Shown here: in pieces, positions 10,505 through 21,089 of the stretch
Layout of the letters: each line of letters starts with the position of its first letter
Position numbering within the stretch: the stretch's first letter is position 1
Assembly: GCA_963747235.1 (NCBI GenBank)
Contig: CAVVEU010000008.1
Coordinates: 96,001-160,000 of the forward strand
Direction: 5' to 3'
From: an uncultured Candidatus Rokubacteria bacterium
GTDB lineage: Bacteria; Methylomirabilota; Methylomirabilia; Rokubacteriales; CSP1-6
DNA: 64,000 bases
Program-made: the position numbers and the translations under genes
The notes under the pieces: generated by a model
What the model saw: the letters and a program-made list of their open reading frames with translations, nothing else
What the model was told of the DNA's origin: nothing
Databases searched by the model: none

Positions 10505-11509
10505 TTTTCCGGCGGGTTGCAGCGCATCCAGGATGCGGCGCGCCAGCAGCGGGCCCCGGGTGATGAATCCGGTGAAGATCCCGCACGCGGTCGCGCCCGC
10601 CGCGAGAGCCTCGCGCGTGCGCTCGGGGCTGTCGATGCCCCCGGTGGCGATGACCTCGAGGCGGTCGCCGAATCGCTCGCGCACCCGGCGCACGTTCTCG
10701 AGCGTGGTGGCGAACAGGGCGGGGCCGGAGAGGCCGCCCGAGCGCTGCGACAGCCGCGGCTCGTCCACGCGGCGGGTATTGCCGTAGTTGACGATGGTGA
10801 TGCCGGCGTCGAGCGCGGCCGGGATCGTGATCTCCTCGTTGGTCTCCCGGAAATCCGGCGAGATCTTGACGATGACCGGCTTGCGGGTGGCCCCCCGCAC
10901 GGCCCGGAAGACGTCCTTCAGCTCGTGCGGCCGCGTGGACCAGCCGTAGACCAGCTTGGTGTTGGGTGAGGAGATGTTGATCTCGACGAGGTCCCCGAAC
11001 TCCTGCAGGCCCTCCACCACGCGAACGTAGTCCTCGGCCGACTCGCCCGCCGCCGCCACGATGAGCGGGACGCGGTGCGGCAGCCGGGCCAGCGCCTGCC
11101 GGTAGGCCTCGAGGCCGGGATTCTTGAAGCCGTTGCAGTTGACGAGCCCGGGGCCCTCCGCGGTCTCGATGCGCACCAGGTTCGGCTCGGGATGCCCGGG
11201 GCGCGGCCCCGGCGTGATGCTCTTCGCGGTCACCGCGCCCCAGCCCAGGCCCATGGCGCGGCGCAGGATCGCGGTGTCGTAGTACATGGACGAGAGGATC
11301 AGCGGATTCGGCAGCGTCACCCCGCCCAGCGTGATCGCGAGGCGCGGGTCCGCGTTGCGGAAGACGCCGAGGCGATCGAGGGGAAGGTGCCGGAGGCCCC
11401 ACTGGCCGATCGCGATCGCGGCGCGCTCCGGCATGCGGGCCAGCACGCCGTGATAGAGCGCGCGGTAGAGCAGATCGACGGCGCCGACCATGTTCGTGAT
11501 GGCGCGCAT
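10502..11509 (-). CDS. pyrD: Dihydroorotate dehydrogenase (class 2-like, divergent); start uncertain
   Basis: NCNGFKNPG, EINISSPNT, VKISPD, GGLSG, IATGGI; N-terminal amphipathic helices. Confidence 0.82.
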   Translation of the reverse strand: MRAITNMVGAVDLLYRALYHGVLARMPERAAIAIGQWGLRHLPLDRLGVFRNADPRLAITLGGVTLPNPLILSSMYYDTAILRRAMGLGWGAVTAKSITPGPRPGHPEPNLVRIETAEGPGLVNCNGFKNPGLEAYRQALARLPHRVPLIVAAAGESAEDYVRVVEGLQEFGDLVEINISSPNTKLVYGWSTRPHELKDVFRAVRGATRKPVIVKISPDFRETNEEITIPAALDAGITIVNYGNTRRVDEPRLSQRSGGLSGPALFATTLENVRRVRERFGDRLEVIATGGIDSPERTREALAAGATACGIFTGFITRGPLLARRILDALQPAGK

Positions 11510-11523
11510 GATATCCTACCAGC

Positions 11524-11706
11524 ATGCCGCAAGACAGCACGCGCCGACTGCTGCGAGAGTTCGGGATCGCGGTCACCGCCTTCGAGGACGCCGTCGAGGC
11601 CGGGCAGGGTGAGGCCGCGAAGAAGGCCGAGGCCGCGCTGCGCGAGCACCTGAAGGGGTTGATCGAGCTCGTCGAGCGCCTGTCCGAGCAGGCCGCCAAG
11701 CTGTAG
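11524..11706 (+). CDS. Small helical hypothetical protein (60 aa)
   Basis: Coding-like codon usage; TATCCT 6 nt before ATG. Confidence 0.65.
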   Translation: MPQDSTRRLLREFGIAVTAFEDAVEAGQGEAAKKAEAALREHLKGLIELVERLSEQAAKL

Positions 11707-11715
11707 CCCGCGCCG

Positions 11716-12478
11716 GTGCCGGCCCGGCGTATCGTCTCGCTCATCCCCAGCATCACCGAGATCCTCTTCGCCATCGGCGCGGGCGATCGCGTGGTGGGCT
11801 GCACGATCTACTGCACGCAGCCGCCCGAGGGCGTCGCGGACCAAGACCCGGATCGGCGGCGAGAAGAATCCCAAGCTCGAGCTGATCCGGGAGCTCGGCG
11901 CCGACCTGGTCATCGCCAATGTCGAGGAGAACGTGCGCGCGCACGTGGAGACGCTCCAGGCCTGGGGCATCCCCGTCCACGTCACCTATCCCCGGACGGT
12001 CGCCGACGGCATCCGGCTGGTGGGCGAGCTGGGCGAGCTGCTCGAGGCGGGGGCGCCCGCGCGCGAGCTCGAGGCGACCCTGCGGGCGCGCTACGATGAG
12101 GTGCGGGCGGCCGCCACGGGGCGGAGGCCGCGACGCGTGTTCTGCCCGATCTGGCGGAAGCCCTACATGACCATCAACGCCGACACCTACATCCACGACA
12201 TGCTGGCGGTCTCCGGCGGGAGCAATGTCTTCGGCGGCGCCGGGAAGCGCTATCCGGAGGTCACGCTGGACGAGGTCGCGGCCTCGGACGCGGAGGTGAT
12301 CCTGCTCCCGGACGAGCCCTACCGATTCCGCCACGTCCACGAGGCCGACTTCGCCCCGTATCCCGACCTGCCCGCGGTCCGCGACGGGCGCCTGCACCTC
12401 GTGGACGGCAAGCTCCTGTCCTGGTACGGCCCGCGGATCGCGGAGGCGCTGCGGGTGCTCCCGCCGCTGCTGGCCTAG
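11716..12478 (+). CDS. Helical-backbone metal receptor (BtuF/cobalamin-binding-like); frameshift near 11840
   Basis: RIVSLIPSITEILFAIG, IGGEKNP, LLPDEPY, VDGKLLSWYGPR. Confidence 0.82.
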
Positions 12479-13020
12479 CGGCGGCGCTTCGCGGTCTTCT
12501 TCGCCTTCGCCGGCCGCGCGGCGCGCGCCGACTTCTTCGGAGCCGCGCCGGCCGCAGGGGCGTTGAGCTCGAGGATCATCTCGATCTCGACCGGGATGCC
12601 CGCGGGGAGCGAGCCCATGCCGACCGCGGAGCGCGCGTGCCGGCCGTTCTCGCCGAATACCTCCACCATCAGGTCGGAGAAGCCGTTGATGACCTTGGGC
12701 TGGTCGCCGAAGCTCTCGACCGCGTTCACCATGCCCAGGACCTTCACGACGCGCTTCACCTTGTCGAGGCTGCCCAGCGCGGTGCGGGCGGAGCCCAGCA
12801 GGTTGATGCCGACCTCGCGGGCCACCTTGTAGGCGTCCTCGGTGGACATGTCGCGGCCGACCTTGCCGCGGGTGAGCGGCTGCTCGCCGACGCGAATCGG
12901 TCCGTGGCCCGACAGGAAGAGCAGATTGCCGACGCGCACGGCGGGGATGTAGTTGCCCATCGGCTTCGGGGGGTTGGGGAGCGTGATGCCGAGCTCCTTG
13001 ATCCTGGCTTCTGCGCCCAT
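12475..13020 (-). CDS. RidA/YjgF family protein with basic C-terminal tail
   Basis: NYIPAVRVGNLLFLSG, GRHARSAVG, PVEIE. Confidence 0.9.
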   Translation of the reverse strand: MGAEARIKELGITLPNPPKPMGNYIPAVRVGNLLFLSGHGPIRVGEQPLTRGKVGRDMSTEDAYKVAREVGINLLGSARTALGSLDKVKRVVKVLGMVNAVESFGDQPKVINGFSDLMVEVFGENGRHARSAVGMGSLPAGIPVEIEMILELNAPAAGAAPKKSARAARPAKAKKTAKRRR

Positions 13021-13051
13021 GCGGGTCTCCTCTGAGGGGGGCGGAGTGCGG

Positions 13052-13324
13052 CTATGCGGCGACGTGCGACGATCCGACGAAGAAGAACGCGGAGCCGTCA
13101 TCGTCGGCGCGCCAGACGATGGCCTCGACGTCGACCGGCGACGCGTCGGGCGGCTCGAGACGGAGATGCGCGGAGGTCCCGACCGGGGGAAGCGCCGCGT
13201 CCAGCCCGACCTTGACGCCGTGGGCACTCAGGTTCACGGTCTGGAGCCGCAGGGTCTGGTCCCCGATTCGGACCGTGACCGGCCACGTTGCCGCCACGCG
13301 CGTGTACCGCCTATGTTCCTGCAC
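13052..13324 (-). CDS. Stand-alone PilZ domain protein
   Basis: RxxxR (RRYTR) and NxSxxG (NLSAHG) c-di-GMP motifs; probable GTG start 13324. Confidence 0.75.
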   Translation of the reverse strand: MQEHRRYTRVAATWPVTVRIGDQTLRLQTVNLSAHGVKVGLDAALPPVGTSAHLRLEPPDASPVDVEAIVWRADDDGSAFFFVGSSHVAA

Positions 13325-13399
13325 GGTGAGGAGTTTCGCACCGCGGCTGGGGCTCCACAAGGCCTTTTTCCGGCGGCCCCGCCCGTGTCAGAATGCGCC

Positions 13400-14197
13400 A
13401 TGAGCCCGCCCGCGATTCCCGCGCCCGCCGCCACCCTGGTCCTGCTGCGTGACCGGCCCGCCGGTCCGGCCGAGATCCTGATGATCCAGCGCCACAGCAA
13501 GAGCAAGTTCGCGGCGGGGGACTACGTGTTCGCGGGCGGCAAGGTCGAGGCCGACGACATCCCCGACGACGTCGAGCGCTTCGTCCGCGGGCTCAGCCCG
13601 GAGGAGGCGAGCGCCCGGCTGGGGGGCGACCTGGCGCCCCTGAAGGCGCTCGCCTACTGGGTGGGCGCCATCCGCGAGGCCTTCGAGGAAGTGGGCATGC
13701 TGCTGGCCTACGACCGGCAGGGGGAGCTGGTGCGCTTCACGCCGGAGAACCGCGAGCGCTTCGAGGCGTACCGCGCGGCCTGCCAGTCCGCGAACCCGGC
13801 GTTCTTCACGATGCTGCGCGCGGAGGATCTCACGCTCGCCACCGACCGGCTGACCTACTTCGCGCACTGGATCACCCCCGAGGAGCAGCCGCTCCGCTTC
13901 GACACGCGCTTCTTCGCCGCGGTGGCCCCGGCCCAGGACCCGGTGGTGGACGGGCACGAGATCGTGGCGTTGCGCTGGCTGACGCCGCCCGAAGCGATGG
14001 ACGCCGCCAGGCGTAAGGACATCACGCTGCGCCTGCCCACCATCAAGAATCTCGAGCTCGTGCAGAGCGGCGGCACGCGCGCGGACGAGATCCTGGGCTC
14101 GCTGCGCGGCCGCGCGGTGCCCACCATCCGCCCGCGCGTGCTGCAGGTGGACGGCAAGCCGGTGCCGGTGCTTCCCGGCGACCCCCGCTGGTACTAG
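13400..14197 (+). CDS. NUDIX hydrolase (Nudt19/CoA-pyrophosphatase-like)
   Basis: AATLVLLRD, VFAGGKV, AIREAFEEVG, HWITP, RFDTRFF. Confidence 0.88.
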   Translation: MSPPAIPAPAATLVLLRDRPAGPAEILMIQRHSKSKFAAGDYVFAGGKVEADDIPDDVERFVRGLSPEEASARLGGDLAPLKALAYWVGAIREAFEEVGMLLAYDRQGELVRFTPENRERFEAYRAACQSANPAFFTMLRAEDLTLATDRLTYFAHWITPEEQPLRFDTRFFAAVAPAQDPVVDGHEIVALRWLTPPEAMDAARRKDITLRLPTIKNLELVQSGGTRADEILGSLRGRAVPTIRPRVLQVDGKPVPVLPGDPRWY

Positions 14198-14257
14198 GCC
14201 GAGCCCGGCGGGCCCTGCTATACTCGCGCTCCATCACCGCTCGAGGAGGCCGTTCCG

Positions 14258-15254
14258 ATGCGACTCGACCAGCTGACCGTGCAGGTCGCCCCCGAGGACG
14301 TCGAGCTCAAGAAGTCCTGGACGCGCGAGAGCATTGCCCCCGAAGGATGGCTGATCCCGCTGCCCGCCGACTGCGTGGCCGAGCTCGACGAGGTCGCCGC
14401 CGCGGTGCGGGCCACGCCCCGCCCGGTGGACACGCTGGACCCCGCGGACTTCTCCCTCCGCGCCTGCACCGCGGTCATGGCCGTCGGTGCGGGCCAAGCT
14501 CGAGACCGATACCGGCCTCGCGGTGGTGGATCGGTTCCCGGTCGAGCGCTATAGCCACGCGGAGAACCTGGCCATCGGCTGGCTGCTGGCCGCGATGCTG
14601 GGGCAGGTGGTCGCGCAGAAGGCGAACGGCACGCGCCTCTACGACGTCAAGGACTCCGGCCAGGCGCTGGGTTACGGGGTGCGCCGCTCGGTGACCAACC
14701 TGGGCCAGCCCTTCCACACCGACGGCGGCTGGCTCTGGAAGGCGCCCGCCTTCGTGGGCCTCTTCTGCCTCGAGTCGGCGATGGAAGGCGGCCTGAGCCG
14801 CTTCGCCAGCCTCGTCACCGCCCATCACGAGCTGCGCCGCCGGCGGCCCGAGCTGCTCGCGCGCCTCTACCAGCCGTTTCACTGGGATCGGCAGGGCGAG
14901 CACGCGCCGGACGCGCCGCGCGTGAGTCGCCAGCCGGTCTTCGAGTTCGAGGGCGGCACGCTGGCTTCCCGCTACTACGAGGACTACGTGCGCAACGGCT
15001 CGAAGCTGGCGGGCGAGGAGCTCGACGACGAGGGCGCCCAGGCGCTCGAGGCGATGCGGGAGATCGTGGACGATCCGGCCAACTGGGTCGAGTTCCGCAT
15101 CGAGAAGGGCCAGCTCCAGTACCTGAACAACCGCCAGTTCGCGCACAGCCGGACCGCCTTCATGGACGCGGGTCCGGGGCAGGGACGTCACATGCTCCGT
15201 CTCTGGAATCGCGACGAGGGCACCTGGCATCTCGAGGGTCGCCCCGCCGCCTGA
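14258..15254 (+). CDS. TauD/TfdA-family Fe(II)/2-oxoglutarate dioxygenase; frameshift near 14485
   Basis: FHTDG (HxD), NNRQFAHSR, RHMLRLW; SD GAGGAGG. Confidence 0.85.
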
Positions 15255-15269
15255 GCGTCGTCTCGTCCG

Positions 15270-15992
15270 GTGACCCTCGAGACCGCGGTCTTCTCCGGGC
15301 TGGTGGTGCTCCTCGCGTACTGGGTTCGGGGCATGGCGGGCTTCGGCTCCGGGCTGATCGCGGTGCCCCTGCTGACGCTCATGTGGCCGGTCACGCTCGT
15401 GGTGCCGGTGGTGGTGGCGCTCGACTATCTCGGCTCGGCCAGCCAGGGCATCAGGAACGTGGACCAGGTGGCCTGGACGGAGCAGCTCGTGCTCATCCCG
15501 TTCATGGTGATCGGGGTCGCGGTGGGGCTCTGGCTGCTCTACACGGTCTCGACATCGCTGCTCGCCAGGATCCTCGGCGGCTTCGTCATCGCCTACGCCA
15601 TCTACCAGATGCTGCCGCTGCCCGAGCTGCGCGGCTCCCGCGTGGCCGCGAGCTACTGCGGCCTCCTCGGCGGTCTGGTCGGGACGCTGTTCGGGACGGG
15701 CGGGCCCTTCTACGTGATCTACCTCAACCTGCGCGGGCTCGACCGGAGCGTGTTCCGGGCCACCTTCGCGATGAACTTCCTGATCGACGGCGGCGTGCGG
15801 CTGGCCGCGTTCGTGGCCGCCGGCCTCTACCACCGCCAGACGCTCGGCTACCTGCTGGCCGCGGTCCCCATCGCGGGGGCCGGGCTCTACGTCGGCGGGC
15901 GCATCCAGACCGGGCTCTCGCCGCGCGTCTTCCAGCTCGTGATCCGCATCCTGCTCCTGACCAGCGGCCTGGCCCTGCTCCTCAAGCGATAG
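15270..15992 (+). CDS. TauE/SafE sulfite exporter family
   Basis: GMAGFGSGLIAVP and GTGGPF repeats, multiple TMs. Confidence 0.87.
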   Translation: MTLETAVFSGLVVLLAYWVRGMAGFGSGLIAVPLLTLMWPVTLVVPVVVALDYLGSASQGIRNVDQVAWTEQLVLIPFMVIGVAVGLWLLYTVSTSLLARILGGFVIAYAIYQMLPLPELRGSRVAASYCGLLGGLVGTLFGTGGPFYVIYLNLRGLDRSVFRATFAMNFLIDGGVRLAAFVAAGLYHRQTLGYLLAAVPIAGAGLYVGGRIQTGLSPRVFQLVIRILLLTSGLALLLKR

Positions 15993-16000
15993 GAGACGAG

Positions 16001-16961
16001 ATGAGACGCCTCGCGTTCCCCGTGCTCGTGACCCTGGTCCTGGGCTTGCTGGCCGCGCCCGCCGTGGCGCAGGAGAAGTATCCCGTCGCGTCCGATCGAC
16101 TTCGTGGTCACCTGGGGCGCGGGCGGCGGCGCCGACGCGATGGCGCGCCAGCTCGGCGCCCTCAGCCAGCCGCTGCTCGGGGTGGCGCTGCCCGCCTCCA
16201 ACGTGCCGGGCGCCTCCGGCAATACCGGGCTCGCGCAGATCCTGTCCGGCAAGCCCGACGGCTACACGCTCGCGACCTACATCCAGGACACGCTGATGAC
16301 GCTGCCCATGGGCCTGGCGCGCTACAAGGTGGACGACCTCGAGTGGATCACGCGCACCCAGGTGGCCGACTCCTTCCTGTTCGTGCGCGCCGACGGCCCG
16401 TTCAAGACGATCCAGGAGCTGTTCAAGCACGCGGAGGCCAATCCGGGCAAGCTCCGCGTGGGCGCCACCGGCTTCGGCACGGTGGACGACGTGACCGTGA
16501 AGTTCCTCGGCAAGCGCGGCTATCAGATGGTCACGGTGCCGTATCCCAAGCCGGGCGAGCGGTACGCGGCGGCGCTCGGCGGGCACACCGAGGTGCTCTA
16601 CGAGCAGGCCGGCGACGTGCTGCAGTACCTGAAGGCGGGGCAGCTCCGCCCGCTGATCATCTTCGCGGAGCGGCGCCATCCCGCCTTCCCGGACGTGCCC
16701 GCCTCGAAGGAGCTGGGCCTCGACATCACGCTGCCCCAGTTCCGCGGCGTGGTCGCGAAGAAGGGCACGCCGCCCGAGCGCGTCAAGGTCCTGGCCGACG
16801 CGTTCCACAAGGCGATGGAGACGCCCGAGTGGAAGAAGTTCGCCGAGGAGTGGTACTTCCGCCCCGACTCCTACCAGGGCACCGCGGACTTCACGAAGTG
16901 GGTGGGCGGCGAGGTGACCACGCTGGAGCGCCTGGTCAAGGAGTTCGGCCTGCGGCAGTAG
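16001..16961 (+). CDS. tctC: Tripartite tricarboxylate transporter substrate-binding protein; frameshift near 16087
   Basis: Signal peptide, WGAGGGAD, NVPGASG, KPDGYTL, DVPASKELG. Confidence 0.88.
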
Positions 16962-16962
16962 C

Positions 16963-17470
16963 ATGGCGTCGCGCGCGCGCGTCGCCGCCCTGCTGGCGGG
17001 CGTGCTGGGCTCGGGGCTGCTCTTCGCGTCCACCTGGCCGCTCGACGCCATGGTGCCGCGCGGCCAGCTCGGCCCCGGCTTCTGGCCGCGGCTCGTCCTG
17101 ATCGGCCTCGCGGTGGCCTGCCTGCTGAAGCTGCGCGAGGAGCGCCGCGCCGGGCCGGGCGTCGCGGCGGCGTCGGGGATGCTGCCGCGCGTGTCCGCCG
17201 CCCGGCTCGCCCTCGGCATGGCCTGCATCCTCGGCTACGTGATCGCGGCCCCGCGCCTCGGCTTCGCGCTGGCCACCGCCGCCTTCATCGCGGCCTTCAT
17301 GGTGGTGGCGGGCGCCCGGCGTGTGCCGGGGATCGCGGCCACCGCGCTGGCTCGGCACGGTGATCCTGCTCTACACGTTCATCAAGCTCGTGTACCTGCC
17401 GTTTCCGAAGGGCGACGGCCCCTTCGAGCGCGTCACCCTGGCCCTCTACCGCGCCCTCGGCATCTTCTGA
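16963..17470 (+). CDS. tctB: Tripartite tricarboxylate transporter TctB; frameshift near 17350
   Basis: LGPGFWP motif, about 4 TMs, corrected C-terminus YLPFPKG...LGIF*. Confidence 0.8.
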
Positions 17471-17477
17471 TCCCCGC

Positions 17478-19049
17478 GTGATCGAGAGCGTTCTCGGGCT
17501 GGGCATCGGGTTCCAGCACGCGCTGCAGCCGCTGAACCTGGGCATGATCGCGCTCGGCCTGGTCATCGGCATCCTGGCCGGCGCGCTGCCCGGCATCACC
17601 ATGCTCAACTCCATCGTGCTGGTGCTGCCGTTCACCTACCTGATGGGCATCGTCCCCGCGCTGCTGCTGATGATCGGCGTCTACTGCGGCGGCGTCTTCG
17701 GGGGCTCGATCACCGGCATCCTGTTCAACATCCCGGGCGATCCCATGAACGTGCCCACGACCTGGGAGGGCTACCAGCTCAGCCAGCAGGGGCGCACCCA
17801 GTACGCGCTCGGGCTGGCCATCATGTCCTCCGCGGTGGGCGGGCTGGTGAGCGCGCTCTTCCTGGCCTTCTTCGCGCCGCCCTTCGCGCGCTTCGCGCTG
17901 ACGCTCTCGAGCGTGGAGTTCTTCTCGGTGGTGGTGTTCGGCCTGGCCGGCGTCTCGGTGCTGAACCAGTCCTCGCTGCCCGCCGCGCTGATCTCGCTCT
18001 TCGCGGGCATGTTCCTCGGCACCATCGGCACCGAGGCCCAGTACGGCGTCGAGCGCTTCGTCTTCGGCGTGCCGTTCCTCACCACCGGGGTGGACTTCGT
18101 CACCGTGCTGATCGGCCTCTTCGCCATCGGCGAGGTGCTGGAGCAGATCGTCACCGCCCAGCCGGGGGTGGCCACCGCCCGCGGCCAGACGCGCACCGTG
18201 CCCCGGCTGCCGCTGCTCGATCTCTGGCCGCTGCGCTGGCCGCTGGCCCGCGGCACGCTGGTGGGCATCGCGGTGGGCGGCCTCGCGGGGGCGGGGGCCA
18301 CCGTCTCGTCCTTCGTGTCCTACGGGCTCGAGAAGCAGTTCTCGAAGACGCCCGAGCTCTTCGGCCGCGGCCACGCGGGGGCCCTCGTCGCCTCCGAGAG
18401 CAGCGTGAACGGCTCCACCGGCGGCGCCATGATCCATCTCCTCACGCTCGGCATCCCGGGCAGCGCGGCCACCGCGGTGATGATGGGCGCGTTTCTCATC
18501 CACGGCATCCAGCCCGGGCCGCTGCTCTTCACGAAGCAGCCCGAGCAGGTCTACACGCTCTTCGCGGGGATGATCCTGGCCAATATCCTGATGGTGGCCT
18601 TCGGGTTCCTGGCCGCGATCTTCTTCGCCACGCTGATGCGCGTGCCCGCGCCCATCCTGAACACGCTGATCGTGGTCTTCTGCTTCATCGGGGCGTTCGC
18701 GCTGCGCAACGACATGGCCGACGTCTGGCTGACGATGCTCTTCGGGGTGATCGGCTTCTTCATGCGCCGCTACGACCTGCCGATCCCGCCGCTGGTCATG
18801 GGCGTGATCCTGGGCCCGATGGCCGAGCAGTACTTCCTCACCAGCATGGTCGCGCACGGCAATGACCTGACCGTGTTCGTGACGCGCCCGGTGAGCGCGG
18901 TGATCCTGGGCCTGGCGGTGCTGCTGGTGCTGGCCCCGTCGCTCAGGCGGCTTCGGCGAGGAGCCCCGTATTCTGCACCGAATGAATGGTCAGGTGCCAC
19001 TCGCGAGACACCGCCACCCCACGTTCGAGCAGGGGGACGGCGTGGCTGA
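17478..19049 (+). CDS. tctA: Tripartite tricarboxylate transporter permease; last about 30 codons read through foreign remnant sequence
   Basis: GALPG, GGSITGILFNIPG, LTLGIPG, HGIQPGP. Confidence 0.92.
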   Translation: MIESVLGLGIGFQHALQPLNLGMIALGLVIGILAGALPGITMLNSIVLVLPFTYLMGIVPALLLMIGVYCGGVFGGSITGILFNIPGDPMNVPTTWEGYQLSQQGRTQYALGLAIMSSAVGGLVSALFLAFFAPPFARFALTLSSVEFFSVVVFGLAGVSVLNQSSLPAALISLFAGMFLGTIGTEAQYGVERFVFGVPFLTTGVDFVTVLIGLFAIGEVLEQIVTAQPGVATARGQTRTVPRLPLLDLWPLRWPLARGTLVGIAVGGLAGAGATVSSFVSYGLEKQFSKTPELFGRGHAGALVASESSVNGSTGGAMIHLLTLGIPGSAATAVMMGAFLIHGIQPGPLLFTKQPEQVYTLFAGMILANILMVAFGFLAAIFFATLMRVPAPILNTLIVVFCFIGAFALRNDMADVWLTMLFGVIGFFMRRYDLPIPPLVMGVILGPMAEQYFLTSMVAHGNDLTVFVTRPVSAVILGLAVLLVLAPSLRRLRRGAPYSAPNEWSGATRETPPPHVRAGGRRG

Positions 19050-19937
19050 GTTCGCCCTTGATGATATGGAGAGGGGCGAGTGTCCAGGACGCGAAGGTCA
19101 GGCTGTAGGGGTGATCGAGCGCCTCAGCGAGGCGGAGGCCTTCCTGGCCGTGGACGATCTTCCTGGAACTCTCCCCGATCGGCGAAACCCCCAAGTCAAA
19201 TAGCCGCGGGCCATCACCGCAGGAAGTCCGGCGAGGCCAAAGCGTTCCCGGCTCCGATCACCTTCAAGCAGCTGCAGGACCTTTCTGAGAAGATCCTCGG
19301 CCCGCCGATAGTCGCCCGTCCAGAGGCAGGCACGCCGAGGTAGAGACTTCCCGTTACCTGGAGCGGAACATCCCCAAGCGACTCGGCAAGAACCTGGGCG
19401 TTTTGGCCGAACTCGAGCGCTTCCGTGGGATGACCAGTTATCCAGAGGTGGGCATAGAGTGGGACCGCTCCGTCAGCTGAAGACTCGATCGGCTCCGGCA
19501 AGCCCTTGACGGCGATCGGCCCGAGCGACCGCGACCTGGACGTAGCCCTCGGCGAGCTGCAGGTCTCGGCGGTGAGCCGCATGGTGCCGGGCGCCGCAGC
19601 TGCTCCATGCGGCAGCGAGGTGCGTCGTCTGGCCCACGGCGGTGTAGTCCATGCGGAGATCGCTGCCGATGGCGCGGACGACGACCTCTCCGGAGTTGAG
19701 CGCCGACGCGGATCTGCACGTCCACCCCGTGCGAGCGAAAGCACGCTCATCAGCGTAGCTGCTGGACGACTCCTGCATCCGCAGCGCGGCGTAGCACGCG
19801 CGCACCGCGTGGTCTTCGTGCGCGAGCGGCGCGCCGAACAGCGCCATGATGCCGTCGCCCATGACCTGGTTGACGTGCCCTCGTAGCGATGGACGGCCTC
19901 CATCATGCGCTCGAGGACGGGGTCGAGAATCTTGCGC
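18960..19937 (-). pseudogene. Remnant of adenylate/guanylate cyclase-(AAA)-TPR multidomain gene
   Basis: Fragments ILDPVLERMMEAVHRYEG, VMGDGIMALFGAP, NSGEVVVRAIGSDLRMDYTAVG, then TPR-like EGLRLAEALDHPYSL; no start codon and no ATPase segment. Confidence 0.8.
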
Positions 19938-21089
19938 GGGGCCGCCTGAGCAGCGGCAACGCCAGCGCGGCCGCGAGCACGCCCTGGGCCAGCGCGGCCA
20001 GGCGCCATGCCCTGGTAGCCGCCGCTGCCGATGGCGGCGGCGCCCACCGCGGAGCCGATCACGAGGCCGCTCTGGTTGGTGAGCGCGATGAGCCCGAAGA
20101 GCGCGCCGCGCTGGCGGGGCGCCAGCTCGGAGCCGTAGGCCAGGAAGGCCGGGCGGCTCGCCGAGTTGCAGAGGGTCAACAATGTTGCGAGGACCACGAC
20201 CGGCGCGAACGAGAGCCCCGCGCCGAAGAGGGCCAGGCCGAGGCCCGCGCTGATGATCTGGGCGATCACGAAGATCCCGGGCTTGTTGAAGCGATCCCCG
20301 AGCCGGCCGCCCAGCACGTTGCCCGCGATCGCCCCGATCGCGACCAGCGACCAGCACCGGCGCCACGCCCACCGCGCTCAGGCGAAAGCTCAGCATGACG
20401 AAGGCGGGCAGGAAGATCACCACCATGGCGAAGAGCGAGCGCTCCATGAGGTTCGCGCCGAGCAGGTTCAGCAGGCGCGGCACGCCCCAGACCGCCTTGT
20501 ACGTGGCCATCACGCTGGTGCCGGAGGCCATCGGCGCGATGCGGGGGAACCAGCGCCACACGCACCCGGCCAGCAGCAGCATCACGAGGCCGATGGCCGC
20601 GAACGCCCAGCGCCAGCCGAACGCGCCGCCGACCGCGCCCATCACCGGTACGCCGCCGATCGCCGCGAAGCTGAAGCCCATGTTGAACCAGCCCATGGCG
20701 CGGGCTCGGCGCTCGGCCGGGAAGAGATCGCCCACCGAGGCCATGAGGCTGGTGGGCGCGAGCGAGCCCAGCAGCCCGGCCAGGAAGCGCACCACCACCA
20801 GGGCGGTGAAGCTCGGCGCCAGCGCGGCGGCGATGCTCAGCACGGCCACGCTGACGAACGCGGCGATGATCATCGGCTTGCGTCCGAGCCGATCCGACAG
20901 CAGGCCCGAGAACGGCGAGAACAGCGCCTGCGGCACGCCGGCCGCGGCGGCCAGCAATCCCGCCTGGCCCAGCGAGATCCCCAGGTCCCGCGAGATGTCC
21001 ACGAGCAGCGGCCCGATCATCGTCACCGACGTGACGATTCCGGTCACGCCCGCGGTGATCAGGATCATGGGGTCAGGTCTTACATTCAT
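19903..21089 (-). CDS. MFS transporter; frameshifts near 20350 and 20000
   Basis: GLLSDRLGRK motif A, GRLGDRF in second half, multiple TMs. Confidence 0.85.
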
